From Actinomycetota bacterium (GTDB taxonomy: Bacteria; Actinomycetota; Acidimicrobiia; Acidimicrobiales; GCA-2861595): a stretch of 42,348 nt of DNA. The notes below the pieces were generated by a model. That model saw only the letters and a program-made list of their open reading frames with translations, made no database searches and had not been told where the DNA came from. Positions 39,945-42,348 of the stretch are shown here, piece after piece. How positions within the stretch are numbered: the first letter of the stretch is position 1; each line of letters starts with the position of its first letter. Location: assembly GCA_002861595.1 (NCBI GenBank), contig PJQG01000076.1, forward strand, positions 28,276 through 70,623, given 5' to 3'. Position numbers and translations under genes: made by a program.

Positions 39945-40340
39945 TCACCCACCTCGCCCGACGGGGTTGGCGCGGGCGAGGAGCCAGAGCAGGTACGGGG
40001 CACCGACCAGTGCGGTGATCGCGCCCACGGGCAGCTCGGTCGGCGCGAACAGGCGGCGCCGGTGGTTGCGGGTCACGCCTGCATCACCGCGCCCGCCAGC
40101 GCGAGGGCGACGCCGACGCCGATGCCCACGACGGTGCGCGGCACCCCGCAGGCTGCGCACGATGAGGTGGTTGTTGGAGCAGTCGAAGGCGAAGAAGGCG
40201 TTCAGCACCCGCCCGACGGCGATGGCCTTGGCGCGGTAGGCCAGGCTGGCCGGCGGCACCAGCACCAGCGTCGCCATCCCGACCAGCACCACCGCACCAC
40301 CCGCCAGGGACTGGCGCGCACGAGGCGGGGCCCCGGCTCG
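39945..40340 (-). pseudogene. FecCD-type iron-siderophore permease remnant
   Basis: N-terminal-like SLAYRAKAI...IVRSLR joined to C-terminal LFAPTELPVGAITALVGAPYLLWLL; most TM segments missing. Confidence 0.75.
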
Positions 40341-40363
40341 ATGTCCCGTCGCCGATCGGCTGA

Positions 40364-40405
40364 AAATCTTAGGCTCTCTTGAAAAAACGCGTTAGGCCCG
40401 CCGAA
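40364..40405. promoter_or_regulatory. Two degenerate IdeR/DtxR-type iron boxes (40364-40382, 40387-40405)
   Basis: Central TTAGGC; each 11/19 to TTAGGTTAGGCTAACCTAA; located between divergent iron-uptake genes. Confidence 0.45.
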
Positions 40406-40438
40406 GTGATCGCGTTCGTACACAGGAGGAGGACCGCC

Positions 40439-41470
40439 ATGCCCAACCGCCACGCACCGCTTGCCCGTGGCCTGCTCGCCGTGGTGGTCGCTGGCGGCCT
40501 CGCGCTCGCCGGCTGTGTGACGAGTCGTCGCCCACGTCCGCGGGGACGACGCTCCCGGGAGCGGGCGACCCCGCCAGCCGGGCCTTCCCGGTCACCATCG
40601 AGCACAAGTTCGGCCGTACCGAGATCCCTGCCCAGCTCACGCGGGTGCTGTCCCTCAGCTTCCAGGAGCACGACGCCATCTTCGCCCTCGGCGTCACGCC
40701 CATCGCCGTTCGCTTCTGGTTCGGGGACGAGTCCGACGTCATCTTCCCGTGGGCAGAGGACGAGGCCGCGGGCGCCACGCCGGAGATCCTCAACATGACC
40801 TTCGCGAGCTCAACTTCGAGAAGATCGCGGGGCTGCGGCCCGATCTCATCCTGGGCGTCTACTCCGGCATCACCGACAAGGAGTACGAGACGCTGTCGAA
40901 GATCGCGCCCACAGTTGCCCAGACCGACGACTACGTCGACTTCGGCGTTCCCTGGCAGGACATGACCCGAACGGTCGGCCGGGCCCTCGGCCGCAGCGCA
41001 CGGGCCGAGAAGCTGGTCGACGAGCTCGAAGGCCGCTTCGCCGGCCTGCGCGAGCAGAACCCCGGCTTCGCCGGCAAGAGCCTGGCGGTGGCGACCTACT
41101 CCGGCGGCGGCGAGGAGGCGGGGTTCTTCGCCTCCGAGGACCCGCGGTCGCGCTTCTTCACGTCGCTCGGGTTCGTCGTGCCGCCGGCCCTGGACGAGAT
41201 CGCCGGCGACGAGTTCTTCGGCAGGATCAGCCGGGAACGGTCGACGTGCTCGACACCGACGTGTTGGTATGGGACCAGCTGCAGTACGTGGAAGGTGGGC
41301 GGGCTACCATCGAGGGCGATCCCCTGGTCCAGCAGCTGGACGTGATGCGCGACCGGCGGGCCGTGTTCCTGGAAGGCGACCTGGAGAACGCCTTTGCCTT
41401 CAACTCGGTCCTGAGCCTGCCCTTCGTCCTCGACAACCTCCTGCCGATGCGACCGCCGCCGTGTCCTCGG
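40439..41470 (+). pseudogene. Iron-siderophore ABC substrate-binding lipoprotein, at least 3 frameshifts
   Basis: AGGAGG RBS, LAGC lipobox; FPVTIEHKFG, NFEKIAGLRPDLI, LSKIAPT, SVLSLPF split across frames. Confidence 0.85.
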
Positions 41471-41515
41471 CCTAGGCCGCTCAGGCGGGGCGGTGGCGGG
41501 CGCCCAGCGGGATGA

Positions 41516-42270
41516 CCGGTCACCGTCGACCACAGGTACGCCAGCACCACCATCGCGTCCGAGCCGAAGCGGGTCGTCACCGCGGGCTTCAACGACAGTG
41601 ACTACGCCCTGGCCTTCGGCGTGACACCCGTCGGCGTGCGGGACTTCATCGGGCCGTTCCCCGAGGAGAGCCGGCCGTGGGCCAGGAGGCCCTCGCCGGC
41701 GCCAAGCCCGAGAAAGGTGTCCGGGCCTGACGGGCCGTTGAACTTCGAGGCGATCGCCGCCCTGCGGCCCGACCTGATCCTCGCCTAGTCGTACCTGGAG
41801 AAGGCGGAGTACGACAAGCTCGCCCGGATCGCCCCCACTGTCGTCGAGCCCGACGATGGCGGCCCGTGGCGCGAGCACACCCTCGTGGTCGGCCGGGCGC
41901 TAGGCCGCCCAGAGCGTGCCGAACAGCTCGTCGCCGAGATCGGGAAGCGCTTCGCCGATGCCATCGAGCAGCACCCCGAGCTGGAGGGCAAGACCGTTGC
42001 GGTCCGCTTCGGCGACAGCGACCTCGGCAGCTACTACCTGCTCGAGCCGATCGACCCCCGCACCGGCCTGTTCACCTCGCTCGGCTTGGAGCTGCCCGAG
42101 AAGACGGGCGAGGTCAGTCGCGAACAGGTCGAGGTGCTCGATCAGGACGTCATCGTGGTCGTTGGTGCAGAACCCGCCGCGTACCAGGGCGACGAGCTGT
42201 TCCAGGGCCTCCGGGCCGTCAAGGAAGGCAGGGTGTTCGCCTTCGGCGACGCGGCCTTTGCCGGGTCCGC
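41516..42270 (+). pseudogene. Second siderophore-binding protein remnant (no signal peptide, frameshifts, in-frame TAG at 41786-41788)
   Basis: PVTVDHRY, PKRVVTAG, NFEAIAALRPDLILA*, LARIAPT, AVKEGRV. Confidence 0.8.
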
Positions 42271-42348
42271 CGGCGAGCTTCGCCTCAAGGCACCGGTGGT
42301 GGGCGTGGCACCAAGGGCCCAACCGTCGATGCCGACGCGCCGGCGGAG

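Noticed and set aside
40321-40340. CGAGGCGGGGCCCCGG resembling part of the coding element
   Set aside because: Only ~13 GC-rich bases match and the flanks do not; consistent with chance.
41786-41788. In-frame TAG as programmed recoding
   Set aside because: The same gene has frameshifts and lacks its N-terminus; simple decay explains it.

Overview
GC-rich actinobacterial chromosome segment, probably Acidimicrobiia (an inference from gene content, leaderless promoters and hypothetical-protein types). It carries the actinobacterial amino-acid/translation neighbourhood: gatCAB, ilvD, ilvB-ilvN-ilvC, serC/aspC, serA, leuA, leuCD with a divergent IclR (NdgR/LtbR-like) regulator, greA, leuB-ilvE-cimA, gltX and tRNA-Gln(CUG). 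Accessory genes are interspersed: a Gln/Gly-repeat LAXTG surface protein with a sensor-less two-component module, an SOS-box-controlled DUF222/HNH gene, an AbiEi/DUF559-like gene, and a decayed siderophore ABC transporter locus after the tRNA. Three signals stand out. (1) A ~64-67 bp GC-rich hairpin element occurs five times at three loci, always in frame inside housekeeping genes (gatB N-terminus, cimA N-terminus in the opposite orientation, leuC C-terminus) and always beside a translationally coupled gene junction; it resembles an RPE-like coding palindromic element. (2) A second REP-like palindrome sits in front of the AbiEi/DUF559 gene and again 20 kb away. (3) Three near-leaderless leader-peptide attenuators (ilvB, leuA, leuB-ilvE-cimA) share one architecture, and two of them are paralogous at the RNA level. 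All product calls come from motif recognition by eye; no searches were run.
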